A DNA stretch of 64,000 bases from Sedimenticola sp. (GTDB lineage Bacteria; Pseudomonadota; Gammaproteobacteria; Chromatiales; Chromatiaceae), in NCBI GenBank assembly GCA_040505915.1, contig JBEVXV010000863.1, positions 12,156-76,155 of the forward strand, given 5' to 3'. The notes under the pieces are model-generated. The model had not been told where the DNA came from. It saw only the letters and a program-made list of their open reading frames with translations, and did not search any database. A program made the translations under genes and the position numbers. Numbering within the stretch: the first letter of the stretch is position 1; every line of letters starts with the position of its first letter. Below are positions 41,582 to 51,171 of the stretch, piece by piece.

Positions 41582-41616
41582 ACTTCAATGCTAAAGCATA
41601 CGAAGCAGGCTTAATT

Positions 41617-42348
41617 ATGATAATGGCTAAAGCAGCAAGCGTCCGGCAGACAGCCACAAGCCTAGGGTGGCTGATACTGCTCTGGAGTGTCGTCTATACA
41701 CCGCTCTACGCGGGCAATACCCAGCATCATGCAACTATTCGTCAAGCGGCAGAATCTTATATCTACGATCAACTCAGCGATTCCGACGGAAATTTGACGG
41801 CTACTGCAGGAGAGCTCGATAGAAGACTGAAACTAAGCACCTGTGAGCAGCCGCTGGAGGTGTTCTTCTCCAGTAACAGGCAAGGCTCCGCACGTAAGAC
41901 TGTCGGCGTCCGTTGCACCGATGACAGTGGCTGGACCATCTACCTGCCCGTCACCATCTCTCTTGTGAAAGAAGTCGTGGTAGCAGCCCGGGAGTTGTCG
42001 AAAAAGAGTACATTAACCCCCGCAGATCTCAGGATGGAACTGCGGGACGTAGCGAAACTCAGCAAAGGCTACTTCAAGGAGATCAGGCGCGCACTGAATA
42101 AGCAGTTGAGACGCACCCTCCATGCAGCTGACGTGGTCACACCCTCCATGCTCACTACGAGCAAGACCATTAAACGTGGCAACCGGGTGACCATCTTGGC
42201 ACAAGCGGGAGGGATAGAGGTACGAGTAAGCGGCAAGGCCCTAAGCGATGGGGCAACAGGTGATCAAATCAGAGTGCTAAATAACAGTAGCAAAAGAAAG
42301 CTGGAAGCCACCGTGGTGGGGGCTGGCCTGGTAAGAGTCACGCTGTAA
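41617..42348 (+). CDS. flgA: P-ring assembly chaperone FlgA
   Basis: LDRRLKLSTC, TVGVRC, IKRGNRVTI, GKALSDG..GDQIRVLN; start approximate. Confidence 0.92.
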   Translation: MIMAKAASVRQTATSLGWLILLWSVVYTPLYAGNTQHHATIRQAAESYIYDQLSDSDGNLTATAGELDRRLKLSTCEQPLEVFFSSNRQGSARKTVGVRCTDDSGWTIYLPVTISLVKEVVVAARELSKKSTLTPADLRMELRDVAKLSKGYFKEIRRALNKQLRRTLHAADVVTPSMLTTSKTIKRGNRVTILAQAGGIEVRVSGKALSDGATGDQIRVLNNSSKRKLEATVVGAGLVRVTL

Positions 42349-42392
42349 GTGTGATCAAGCCCAAATTATGACAGGATTAGCACCGATTATTC

Positions 42393-42420
42393 TAAAGAAA
42401 TTCACTCTCTTGGTCGCTAA
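42393..42420 (+). promoter_or_regulatory. Possible sigma28 promoter of flgM
   Basis: TAAAGAAA-N12-GTCGCTAA. Confidence 0.45.
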
Positions 42421-42455
42421 AATGAACGGGAGTAACTTAACAGAAGGGTAAAACA

Positions 42456-42791
42456 ATGAGCGTGGAAATCAGTGGACTACCCAGCAGATCGGTAAGTAAT
42501 AGCGGTCACGGCAAAAAAACCCAGGGGGTTGAACAGAGCAAAACCAGCGCCTCCAGCGCCCCCAAACCCAGCCAATCCGGTGGTGGAGACAAGGTGAGTC
42601 TGACCGATACCGCAACGCGGCTGCAGGAACTTGAAGCACATATCGCATCCATGCCGGTCGCCGACGTACAGCACGTCTCAGACGTTCAGCGCTCGCTGGC
42701 CAGTGGCAGTTTCCAGATCGAGCCGGTCGAAGCGGCTAGTAATCTTATTACACAGGAGCGGGAATTCGCTCTTATCAGCAAGCAAGGATAA
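42456..42791 (+). CDS. flgM: Anti-sigma28 factor FlgM
   Basis: DKVSLT, V..VQRSLASGSFQI; between flgA and flgN. Confidence 0.88.
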   Translation: MSVEISGLPSRSVSNSGHGKKTQGVEQSKTSASSAPKPSQSGGGDKVSLTDTATRLQELEAHIASMPVADVQHVSDVQRSLASGSFQIEPVEAASNLITQEREFALISKQG

Positions 42792-42796
42792 ATTGA

Positions 42797-43279
42797 ATGG
42801 AAATAACTACCACACAGATCAACCATTTTGTCGGCCTGCTGTCGGTAGAGCTCCAGTGCGCGGAAAAACTGCTGACACTGCTGGAGCAGGAGCACCAAGC
42901 CCTCACTGGAGCAGACCCAGACCGTATTATCGCTATCAGTGAACAGAAGCAGTCTCTTGTTGAGCAGATGCAGCAGCATCTGGCAAATCGTCAGGGATTT
43001 CTCAAACGCCTTGGCCTTTCCGGTGACCGTGAAGGCGTGGATATCTTATTGGCCTCCCAGCCTGAGGGCGGTGAGGCGCAAACACTGTGGCAACAGCTGA
43101 TGGATATGGCGACTCAAATGAGCGACAAGAATCAGGTTAATGGCGGCATTATCACCCTTGGCCACCGCCATGTCAGACAGACGCTGGGTATTCTCACTGG
43201 GCACAATAGCGACAATGACACCTATAGTCCTAATGGGATTCAGGATGAGCGAGCCTCTCGTTCATTGGCCAAAGCATAG
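42797..43279 (+). CDS. flgN: Export chaperone FlgN
   Basis: LLEQEHQAL, NQVNG, TY..NG; follows flgM. Confidence 0.88.
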   Translation: MEITTTQINHFVGLLSVELQCAEKLLTLLEQEHQALTGADPDRIIAISEQKQSLVEQMQQHLANRQGFLKRLGLSGDREGVDILLASQPEGGEAQTLWQQLMDMATQMSDKNQVNGGIITLGHRHVRQTLGILTGHNSDNDTYSPNGIQDERASRSLAKA

Positions 43280-43343
43280 AATTTCACCCAGGCGGGACTA
43301 ACAAACTTGAGCGCAGTGAGGCCAAACGGCTGCGGGATTCGGG

Positions 43344-43967
43344 TTAACTTTCACCCTCTAACAAGCGATACCGCTTGAGGTCACAGGGCCGATCCAGATC
43401 CCACAACATCTCCAGTTCACGGCTACGCCAACCACTCTGAGATAGACGCTCCCTGGTCAATCGAAGTACCTGATCACCGCCCCAGGGAATATCAGTAAAG
43501 AGCCTACTGTTGGGTCGTTTCAAACCAAGCAGCACATAACCCCCATCTTCCGCTGGCCCCACCACCGCATCAACATCCCCCTCCAGCCACTCAAACGCCA
43601 GGCTGAGATGGTGAGACTCCAACACCGGGCAATCTCCCCCGATCAGAATCAGGCTGTCAGCCACCGCCAACGTCACCTCTGCCGCCTGTTTCATTCTCAA
43701 ACCAAGATCACTCCCCTGCTGCAACCTCAAAGTAATGCCAAAATCTGCGGCTAACGACTGGAACAACGGATGTGAAGTGTCAGGTGAGCACCAACACTCC
43801 AGGGGTGCCACCTCAGCCCGCACCATCTTTTCCACTGTCTGCTTCAACAGCCCCGCATAGAGGCTGGCGGCGGCCTCTGCGCTCACCGCCGGAAGCAGGC
43901 GAGTCTTCACCTTGCCCGCTTGGGGTGCCTTGGCGAAAAGGGCGATACGTGAATTGGGAAACTGCAT
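43344..43967 (-). CDS. TIGR04282/DUF2064-type glycosyltransferase-like protein
   Basis: FAKAP..GKVKTRL, QQGSDLGLRM, IGGDCP, GPAEDGGYVL, WDLDRPCDL. Confidence 0.88.
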   Translation of the reverse strand: MQFPNSRIALFAKAPQAGKVKTRLLPAVSAEAAASLYAGLLKQTVEKMVRAEVAPLECWCSPDTSHPLFQSLAADFGITLRLQQGSDLGLRMKQAAEVTLAVADSLILIGGDCPVLESHHLSLAFEWLEGDVDAVVGPAEDGGYVLLGLKRPNSRLFTDIPWGGDQVLRLTRERLSQSGWRSRELEMLWDLDRPCDLKRYRLLEGES

Positions 43968-43969
43968 TA

Positions 43970-44641
43970 TCAGTAGCGTCTGGCAAGACGGGATGGATCT
44001 GCCCCCATGGCATAGGCAAACCTCAGCCACCACATCAGAAAAATGGTTTTGAAGATGCCATGTTGCTCCCAGCGCCTGCTGGAGGTAATCAAGCGCTGCC
44101 GTAGACAGCGGGGGGGTGCAATCGCCTTTAGACGCCGGCTCAAAGCGACATCTTCCATCAGTGGAATATCAGGAAAACCATCAACTTTTTTGAATAGCCC
44201 GCTCTCTACAAAAATTCCTTGATCACCGGTCGCTATGCCGCTCATCCGGGAGCGCCAATTAATCATAAACTCCACCACTCTTAACATATTGTGATTACCG
44301 GAGAGTCTGATATCAAAGCGCCCCCAGAGAGGGCCGGGGGCCAGTGACAGCCCCAGCAGTGCATCCACCACTTCTGTCGAGATTACCGTGTCGGCATGGA
44401 GAAACCAGAGCAGATCACCGTTGGCGGCGGCGGCACCCGCGTTCATCTGCCGGGAACGCCCTCTGACCACAACAATTAACTGATCAACCCAGGGAGCAGC
44501 AAGGTCAGCGCTCTTATCCGAGCTGCCACCATCGACCAAAATCACCTCATGCCCCTCTCTCCGCAAGGGTTGCAGCGACTGAAGAAACGGCACTATCCCA
44601 TCCCCTTCATTGAGGCAGGGAATTACCAGCGATAATCCCAT
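43970..44641 (-). CDS. TIGR04283-type GT2 glycosyltransferase
   Basis: IPCLNE, VDGGSSD, RSRQMNAGA, FLHADT, ATGDQGIF, LMEDV, TSSRRW. Confidence 0.9.
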   Translation of the reverse strand: MGLSLVIPCLNEGDGIVPFLQSLQPLRREGHEVILVDGGSSDKSADLAAPWVDQLIVVVRGRSRQMNAGAAAANGDLLWFLHADTVISTEVVDALLGLSLAPGPLWGRFDIRLSGNHNMLRVVEFMINWRSRMSGIATGDQGIFVESGLFKKVDGFPDIPLMEDVALSRRLKAIAPPRCLRQRLITSSRRWEQHGIFKTIFLMWWLRFAYAMGADPSRLARRY

Positions 44642-44652
44642 CAGCTGTCGTG

Positions 44653-45618
44653 TCACACGCTCAAAGCACCACCACAGCTGCTGCCCTGACCGGCAGTACA
44701 ACCGTAACAGTGCTCCGCAATACAGATGGGCCAACCGCTAAAATCTTCTCTCATCAAATCTGAGATATGTGGCCGCTGATACCGCTTATCGGCAAGAGGC
44801 AGATTGAGCATCTGATTGAAATCACAGTCATAGAGGTAACCCTGCCAATCGACACTCAGCAGATGACGACACATCACCGTCTGCAGATTGGCGTCACTGA
44901 ATGAACCCTTTAACAGGTCAATGTAGCTATCGAATGCCCCTTGGGAGAGCAGCATACTGCCAAAGCGGCTGATCGGCATATTGGTAATGGTAAGGAGTTG
45001 ATTAAAATGAATATGGTGGTCACTCCATAACCTCTGCTTATAATCCGTCTCCAAACCACATTGAGCTGGAGGTAGGTTTGCTCCCTGGGGGTTGTAGACC
45101 AGATTTAAAAGAAGGCCGCTCCCTTCTACCCCATAGCCAACATCGTTGAGCCGCTTCAGACCATGGATACTTGCATCATAGGCACCCTTCCCACGCTGAT
45201 TATCGACATTTTCCTGTAGGTAGCAAGGGAGTGAAGCGACCACTTCGACTTGCATATCGCGGAGAAATTCAGCCAACTCTTCCTGGCCAGGCTCTTCCAA
45301 TATGGAGAGATTGCAACGGTCTATTACCTTGACCCCACGCTGGCTCGCCTGCTCCACAAGATAACGGAAATTGGGATTCAACTCCGGTGCGCCACCGGTC
45401 AGGTCGAGTGATGAGATAGATTGACTATCGAGGAAGGCCAGCACCTGATCAATAGATCGCCTATCCATCAATTCGGTACGCGTAGGCCCGGCGTTGACAT
45501 GGCAGTGTTTGCAGGTCTGATTGCACAGGTAACCAAGATTGACCTGTAAAGTTTCCAACCGCCCCCTACTAATTGCAGGAAAAGAGGTGGGCAGAAGAAG
45601 GTGAGCTGTATCTAACAT
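44653..45618 (-). CDS. arsS: Arsenosugar-biosynthesis-type radical SAM protein (ArsS, DUF3641)
   Basis: LQVNLGYLCNQTCKHCHV, DLTGGAPE, YDCDFNQML, HCYGCTAGQGSSCGG. Confidence 0.9.
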   Translation of the reverse strand: MLDTAHLLLPTSFPAISRGRLETLQVNLGYLCNQTCKHCHVNAGPTRTELMDRRSIDQVLAFLDSQSISSLDLTGGAPELNPNFRYLVEQASQRGVKVIDRCNLSILEEPGQEELAEFLRDMQVEVVASLPCYLQENVDNQRGKGAYDASIHGLKRLNDVGYGVEGSGLLLNLVYNPQGANLPPAQCGLETDYKQRLWSDHHIHFNQLLTITNMPISRFGSMLLSQGAFDSYIDLLKGSFSDANLQTVMCRHLLSVDWQGYLYDCDFNQMLNLPLADKRYQRPHISDLMREDFSGWPICIAEHCYGCTAGQGSSCGGALSV

Positions 45619-45988
45619 CGGTTACCTTACCTTACTGAACCAGCGAGTTGGCGCTGAAAACAGAGTAAACATGAGTTACCAGGAGCCTGTCTGAGAGTAG
45701 AAAACCCTACTGCGAAAAATCCATTTTGGCCAGATTCACCGAATAAATTCGTTAAATATACCCAACATTCACCTCATTTTATCGAAAAATCTGAGTAACT
45801 ATCGACTCAAAAAAAAATCTCCCCTTACAGCTTGCCAGCTCACCGGCAGGAGATGTTAAAATAACGTCAAGCAATTTCCGGGAAGATCGCTTCATAACAT
45901 GAAGCGGGTCTCCAAATCGCAACCGGCGGATATATCTCTGCTCCTGTAAATGGAGTGCGCGTCACGTCGGTTTTGCCCCCCACTTTTT

Positions 45989-46065
45989 GCCCCCGTAGCT
46001 CAGCTGGATAGAGCGCACCCCTCCTAAGGGTGAAGTCACACGTTCGAATCGTGTCGGGGGCGCCA
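45989..46065 (+). tRNA. tRNA-Arg(CCT)
   Basis: GCCCCCG acceptor stem, D-arm TAGCTCAGCTGGATAGAGC, anticodon arm CACCC-CTCCTAA-GGGTG, GTTCGAATC T-loop, 3' CCA. Confidence 0.97.
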
Positions 46066-46135
46066 TTTTCAGTCCTCAGGCTCCTCAGGAGCCTGTCCGA
46101 TAGGCCTCCAAAACGGTACAGCGCCACGGTGGAGG

Positions 46136-46360
46136 TTATGTATCGTTTTTTCTTGGCAGGCCACGCAGCTTATTAAGCATCTCAGATAACACCTCTTTCA
46201 ACCCCTGATAGGCCTGGATCTGAGCTTTCTGGTGAGTAGTACCGACCTCCCCCTTAAGCAATGTAAGACGAGCATCGAAGTAGGCCACATCAGCTTCAAG
46301 CGAGCTGATACTGACATGAGCCAATGGCTTCCCCCCCTTCTCTGCGCTCTTATCTTCCAT
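46136..46360 (-). CDS. Small hypothetical protein
   Basis: 74-aa helical ORF with ATG start (LEADVAYFDARL...QKAQIQAY). Confidence 0.6.
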   Translation of the reverse strand: MEDKSAEKGGKPLAHVSISSLEADVAYFDARLTLLKGEVGTTHQKAQIQAYQGLKEVLSEMLNKLRGLPRKNDT

Positions 46361-46686
46361 CTACGCCTTATGTAGTTACCGAAAACTTTATTCAACAGTG
46401 CTGTCGATTATATATCCAGTGGTAAAAAAAAACTCTAAATCTCGTATATCGTGCGAAACACTTGGTTTTCTTCTATTATTATGAGACGTAGAGATAACAA
46501 GACCGCCTACTCCTACCGTCCAGGATAAAACCTAGATTCTGCAGTTGATCGCTCCTATCTGAGGCTAAGCTACTGATATGATAACTATTGATCTCGACTT
46601 ACCCTTTCATCAGTTAATTGAGCCACGCTAAGGTATGAATTGCACACTTGACACCGTCCAACTGCGGATTCCAGGTTAAAGAGTAC

Positions 46687-48501
46687 ATGCTGAGAAAAAT
46701 CCTCTTACCGACCATTTTTGCTTTTCTGGCATACGGCTTCTGGGTCAGCCCTAATTTCAAAGAGATCGCTGCCGGCGTCGCCATTTTCCTTTTTGGCATG
46801 CTCTCTCTGGAACAGGGGTTTCGCGCCTTTACCGGCGGTACACTGGAAAATTTACTTCGTAAAAGCACCGCACACCTGTGGCAGAGCCTGAGTTTTGGCA
46901 TCGTCACCACCACCATCATGCAGTCCAGCTCTCTGGTGTCGGTAATCACTATCTCCTTCCTCAGCGCAGGTCTGATCACCCTTACCGCCGGTATCGGTAT
47001 CATTTTTGGCGCCAATCTGGGTACCACTACAGGTGCATGGTTGATCGCAGGTTTCGGCTTAAAGGTCAAGATTGCCGCCTATGCCATGCCTATGCTGGCA
47101 TTCGGCATCATTCTGATATTTCAAAAGCCGAAGAGTCTTAAAGGGATCGGCTACGTTCTTGCCGGCCTGGGCTTCCTATTTCTCGGTATCCATCACATGA
47201 AAGAGGGATTCGAGGCGTTCAAGGAGACCATCGATCTTACCCAGTTCGCAATTAGTGGTTATCCCGGGCTGTTTGTGTTCGCCTGTATCGGAATTTTTGC
47301 CACTGTCGTGATGCAGTCCAGTCACGCCACTCTGGTGCTGATTATCACTGCCCTCGCTGCCGGGCAAATCACCTATGAAAATGCCCTCGCACTGGCCATC
47401 GGTGCCAACGTAGGCACCACCATTACAGCACTACTGGGCGCCATGAGTGCTAACGAACAGGGTAAGCGCCTTGCTGGCGCCCATCTGATTTTCAACATAG
47501 TGACCGGTATTATTGCCATAGCACTGGTCTATCAACTGGTTGAGCTGGTTGAGCTGATTAGCCGGACAGTAGGTATTGCGGCCAAGGACTATGCACTGAA
47601 ACTAGCCGTGTTCCATACCATCTTCAATCTCATCGGCATTGTTGTGATGATCCCGTTTATCAACCCGATGGTTCAACTGCTGACCCGCATGTTCAAGGAA
47701 AAAAAGCGGGAGATCGACCGGCCGAAATATCTTACACCCTCTGCCGTTGACTTCCCCGATACTGCGGTACAGGTGGTACTTCAGGAGACACTACGGGTAT
47801 ACGACAATGCCCAGAGCATCATCATCCATGCCCTCGGCTACAAGAAATCCCAGGTATTTTCTGACCAGGATCTCGCCCTAATCGCCTCAGAGCAGAAAAA
47901 ACTAAGCAGGCTGGATATTGATTCGGCCTACGAGCGCAGCATCAAGGGTCTCTACAGTGCTATTGTCGCCTTTATCAGCAAAGCCGAGTTCTCCTGGGAG
48001 ATGGAGCAGTCTGGAGATATTCACCACCTACGCGAAGCCAACCAGCATGTAGTGGAAGCGATCAAGGATGTAAAACATCTGCAGAAAAACTTGGTCTATC
48101 ACCTCAATGGACGAACCCCCAGTGTACGCAATGCCTACAACAAGCTAAGGGTACACCTGGCCACTGCGTTACGGGATCTTGAGGCTGTTCGCCAGCCGCA
48201 CCAGGGCGATACCAGCATACTCTCTCTGGATGCACTGAAGCTGATGATCGCCGAAAACCGAGATGAGTTGAGCAACTACCTAACGGCACTGATCAGGGAT
48301 GGCCGCGTCACCCCTGAGGTCGGCACCTCACTAATGAATGACAGTGCCTATATCTATGGGACGGCGATGAACATGATCCGCGCCGCCCAGACACTGTTTG
48401 TCGCCCAGGAGCGCGACCTGACTCAAGCCGTCCGCAGTATCTCTCTGGACGAGGTTGAGTTACAGGCAGTACTTGATCAACAGAAAGAGAAGACTGACTA
48501 A
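46687..48501 (+). CDS. Na+/Pi cotransporter family protein
   Basis: Duplicated QSSS/QSSH and GANLGTT/GANVGTT repeats, transmembrane helices, PhoU-like tail. Confidence 0.92.
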   Translation: MLRKILLPTIFAFLAYGFWVSPNFKEIAAGVAIFLFGMLSLEQGFRAFTGGTLENLLRKSTAHLWQSLSFGIVTTTIMQSSSLVSVITISFLSAGLITLTAGIGIIFGANLGTTTGAWLIAGFGLKVKIAAYAMPMLAFGIILIFQKPKSLKGIGYVLAGLGFLFLGIHHMKEGFEAFKETIDLTQFAISGYPGLFVFACIGIFATVVMQSSHATLVLIITALAAGQITYENALALAIGANVGTTITALLGAMSANEQGKRLAGAHLIFNIVTGIIAIALVYQLVELVELISRTVGIAAKDYALKLAVFHTIFNLIGIVVMIPFINPMVQLLTRMFKEKKREIDRPKYLTPSAVDFPDTAVQVVLQETLRVYDNAQSIIIHALGYKKSQVFSDQDLALIASEQKKLSRLDIDSAYERSIKGLYSAIVAFISKAEFSWEMEQSGDIHHLREANQHVVEAIKDVKHLQKNLVYHLNGRTPSVRNAYNKLRVHLATALRDLEAVRQPHQGDTSILSLDALKLMIAENRDELSNYLTALIRDGRVTPEVGTSLMNDSAYIYGTAMNMIRAAQTLFVAQERDLTQAVRSISLDEVELQAVLDQQKEKTD

Positions 48502-48517
48502 TCCACTGGAACAGCAG

Positions 48518-48766
48518 ATGAAACGGAAAAAACTGTTAAAGAAACTGGCTGACTATCTCAGCCTCGATCAGCGTCAACTCTACAAACGGCGTGAAAAGCT
48601 CAAGGATATTCTCAAACAGCTGAGAGAGAAGGAGCGAAAACTCCAGAAGGAGTATGAGCATGAGGAGGATGAGACAAGACTAAAGCGCCTGGGTAAGGAG
48701 CTGGATATCATCCGCGCCCAGCGTATAAAAGGAATCCACACGGTAAAAGAGCTCTCTTTGAAGTAA
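48518..48766 (+). CDS. Small basic coiled-coil hypothetical protein
   Basis: MKRKKLLKKL..., directly downstream of the Na/Pi transporter. Confidence 0.65.
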   Translation: MKRKKLLKKLADYLSLDQRQLYKRREKLKDILKQLREKERKLQKEYEHEEDETRLKRLGKELDIIRAQRIKGIHTVKELSLK

Positions 48767-48914
48767 CTATTCAGCTATATCTATTTTTGGACTGTTTTCA
48801 CCCGGGGTCGGGCATATTTTATGCCACACTTCCCTGTAGGAGCGCTTTCTCGAAGCGCGATGAACGTCGCACCATGGTAGCTGATTCATCGCGACCCGAG
48901 AGACCACTCCTACA
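48763..48914. mobile_element. GTAAC-MITE left arm carrying a GTAG REP doublet (48835-48914)
   Basis: GTAACTATTCAGCTATA...GGGGTCGG, then TGTAGGAGCGC...CTCCTACA; interior near-identical to the 50736 copy. Confidence 0.8.
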
Positions 48915-49037
48915 AAAAACTAAATTCTCTACAGAATTTTCATACCGCGTTAAGCGCATGCCGCTGCTTTCTGGTGATGTTCGACCCCTCCCAGTTTCCA
49001 GTCAGCCATTGGTCAGGGGTATAATGGACGGATAACT

Positions 49038-49169
49038 GTAACTATTCAGCTATACCTATTTGGGGGCTGTTTTCACCAGGGGTCGGAGTCGATTGCGTTA
49101 AGATGGGTGGAAAATACACTTCTTTACGGTGCAAGCGACTCCGACCCCAAGCACCCGCTGAATAGTTAC
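49038..49169. mobile_element. Complete GTAAC-MITE, 132 bp
   Basis: Perfect GTAACTATTCAGC/GCTGAATAGTTAC termini; perfect 8-bp duplication GGATAACT (49030-49037 and 49170-49177); GGGGTCGGAGTCG...CGACTCCGACCCC core. Confidence 0.92.
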
Positions 49170-49200
49170 GGATAACTTTTGTCACTACTACGGATTCAAC

Positions 49201-50718
49201 ATGACCACCATCAAACAACAAGACCTCATAGAAAGTGTCGCTGATGCGCTGCAATATATCTCCTACTACCACCCCATTGACTATATCGAGGCGCTGACCA
49301 AGGCTTGGGAGCGAGAAAAGTCGGCCTCTGCCAAGGATGCCATGGCTCAGATTCTGGTCAACTCGCGGATGTGTGCCGAGGGCCACCGGCCGATCTGCCA
49401 GGATACCGGCATGGTAACCGCCTTTGTCGATGTCGGCATGAATGTCTCCTGGGAAGGAACCATGAGCCTGGAGGAGATGGTCAATGAGGGGGTTCGGCGG
49501 GCCTACACCGCACCTGAAAACCTGCTGCGCGCATCGGTGGTCAGCGACCCTGCAGGCGCACGCACCAACACCCGCGACAACACGCCCGCTGTCATTCACA
49601 CCCGACTGGTTCCAGGTGACGAGGTGGAGATCAAACTGGCTGCCAAGGGCGGCGGCTCAGAGAATAAAGCACGTTTTACCGTTCTCAACCCCTCGGGCAG
49701 CCTGGTCGACTGGGTGCTTGAGATTATCCCGACGCTGGGTGCGGGCTGGTGTCCTCCCGGCATGTTGGGAATAGGCATTGGCGGCTCTGCCGAGAAGGCG
49801 ATGCTAATGGCAAAAGAGTCTCTGATGGAGCCCATTGACATATATAAGCTACAGGCCAGAGGCCCGAAAAATCGCACCGAAGAGCTGCGTTTGGAGCTGT
49901 TTGAGAAGATCAACGCATTGGGGATAGGCGCTCAGGGACTGGGCGGTCTGACAACCGTTTTGGATGTAAAGATCAACGACTACCCAACCCACGCCGCCTC
50001 TCTGCCGGTGGCAATGATCCCCAACTGTGCAGCCACACGGCACGTTGAGTTCACCCTCAAGGGTGACGGTCCTGCAGAACTAGAGCCACCCAAAGCAGAA
50101 GATTGGCCGGAGGTGACCTGGGAGGCATCGGCGGATGCTCACCGCGCCAACCTCGACAACATCACCCGTGAGGAGATTGCCAGCTGGAAACCGGGAGACC
50201 GGGTGCTACTCTCCGGCAAACTGCTTACCGGCCGCGATGCCGCTCACAAGCGCATCCAGGAGCTGCTGGAGAGTGGTGAGCCGCTGCCGGATGGCGTTGA
50301 TTTCAACAGCCGCTTCATCTACTACGTCGGCCCCGTCGATCCTGTAGGTGATGAGGTGGTCGGCCCTGCTGGCCCTACCACATCCACCCGTATGGATAAG
50401 TTCACCGATATGATGTTGGGAGAGACCGGTCTTATGGGCATGGTAGGCAAAGCGGAGCGCGGCCCCGCTACCCGTGAATCGATCAAACAGCACGGAGCCA
50501 TCTACCTGATGGCGGTAGGCGGCGCCGCCTATCTCGTTGCCAAAGCGATCAAATCATCCCGCATAGTCGCATTCGAAGAGCTTGGAATGGAGGCGATCCG
50601 TGAGTTCGAGGTAGAAGATATGCCGGTCACTGTGGCTGTCGACAGCCGTGGCGAGTCTATCCATCAGAGTGGCCCGGCTGAGTGGCGGGTGAAAATCGAA
50701 AATATGAGGAAGATCTGA
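49201..50718 (+). CDS. Fumarate hydratase class I (Fe-S)
   Basis: RPICQDTG, AKGGGSEN, GAGWCPPG, GRDAAHKR, GPTTSTRM. Confidence 0.95.
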   Translation: MTTIKQQDLIESVADALQYISYYHPIDYIEALTKAWEREKSASAKDAMAQILVNSRMCAEGHRPICQDTGMVTAFVDVGMNVSWEGTMSLEEMVNEGVRRAYTAPENLLRASVVSDPAGARTNTRDNTPAVIHTRLVPGDEVEIKLAAKGGGSENKARFTVLNPSGSLVDWVLEIIPTLGAGWCPPGMLGIGIGGSAEKAMLMAKESLMEPIDIYKLQARGPKNRTEELRLELFEKINALGIGAQGLGGLTTVLDVKINDYPTHAASLPVAMIPNCAATRHVEFTLKGDGPAELEPPKAEDWPEVTWEASADAHRANLDNITREEIASWKPGDRVLLSGKLLTGRDAAHKRIQELLESGEPLPDGVDFNSRFIYYVGPVDPVGDEVVGPAGPTTSTRMDKFTDMMLGETGLMGMVGKAERGPATRESIKQHGAIYLMAVGGAAYLVAKAIKSSRIVAFEELGMEAIREFEVEDMPVTVAVDSRGESIHQSGPAEWRVKIENMRKI

Positions 50719-50735
50719 AAATAGGATGCAAAATA

Positions 50736-50898
50736 GTAACTATTCAGTTGGTTTTGGGGTTGGGCATATTTTATGCCGCACTTCCCTGTAGGAGCACTTT
50801 CTCGAAGCGCGATGGATAGTCGCACCATGGTGGTTGTTTCATCGCGGCCCGAGAGACCACGCCTACAATAAGATCAGAGCCCGGTACTGAATAGTTAC
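50736..50898. mobile_element. Complete GTAAC-MITE carrying a GTAG REP doublet (50787-50867)
   Basis: GTAACTATTCAGT...ACTGAATAGTTAC; no target duplication visible. Confidence 0.85.
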
Positions 50899-51116
50899 CT
50901 TTTTAGCTCCTCATCCCGATAGTGGACATCTAGCCAGCACCTTGGCAAAGACTCGCCTGAGAGGAACTCCAGCTCGCTTTTTGGAAACTGCTCCGGGTCC
51001 TGTAACTCTTCACCCGCAGTGTAGCGGCCAACCAGTTTTGAGTGGTTTGGGTTGATCAGGTCTCCAAGGCCCAGCACTTCGACAACATTGTTGTTTTTAA
51101 TATGCTTCAGGAACAT
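50895..51116 (-). CDS. Conserved small hypothetical protein
   Basis: MFLKH...VEVL...GEELQDPE.F.KSEL.F.SGESLPRCWLD.HYR, a pattern I recall from a widespread ~75-aa family. Confidence 0.75.
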   Translation of the reverse strand: MFLKHIKNNNVVEVLGLGDLINPNHSKLVGRYTAGEELQDPEQFPKSELEFLSGESLPRCWLDVHYRDEELKR

Positions 51117-51171
51117 GCCACCCTCCATTTCCATCTGGATCTATACGGGAAGCCTCTACCCTCCCCGGCTT

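Noticed and set aside
41383-41616. Long N-terminal extension of FlgA in the ORF track
   Set aside because: Starts inside a MITE and upstream of the sigma54 motif; the signal-peptide-like start is near 41617
45989-46065. tRNA-Arg as the attachment site of an integrated island
   Set aside because: No duplicated tRNA 3' end and no integrase seen in the window
45867-46127. 86-aa ORF
   Set aside because: Antisense to tRNA-Arg
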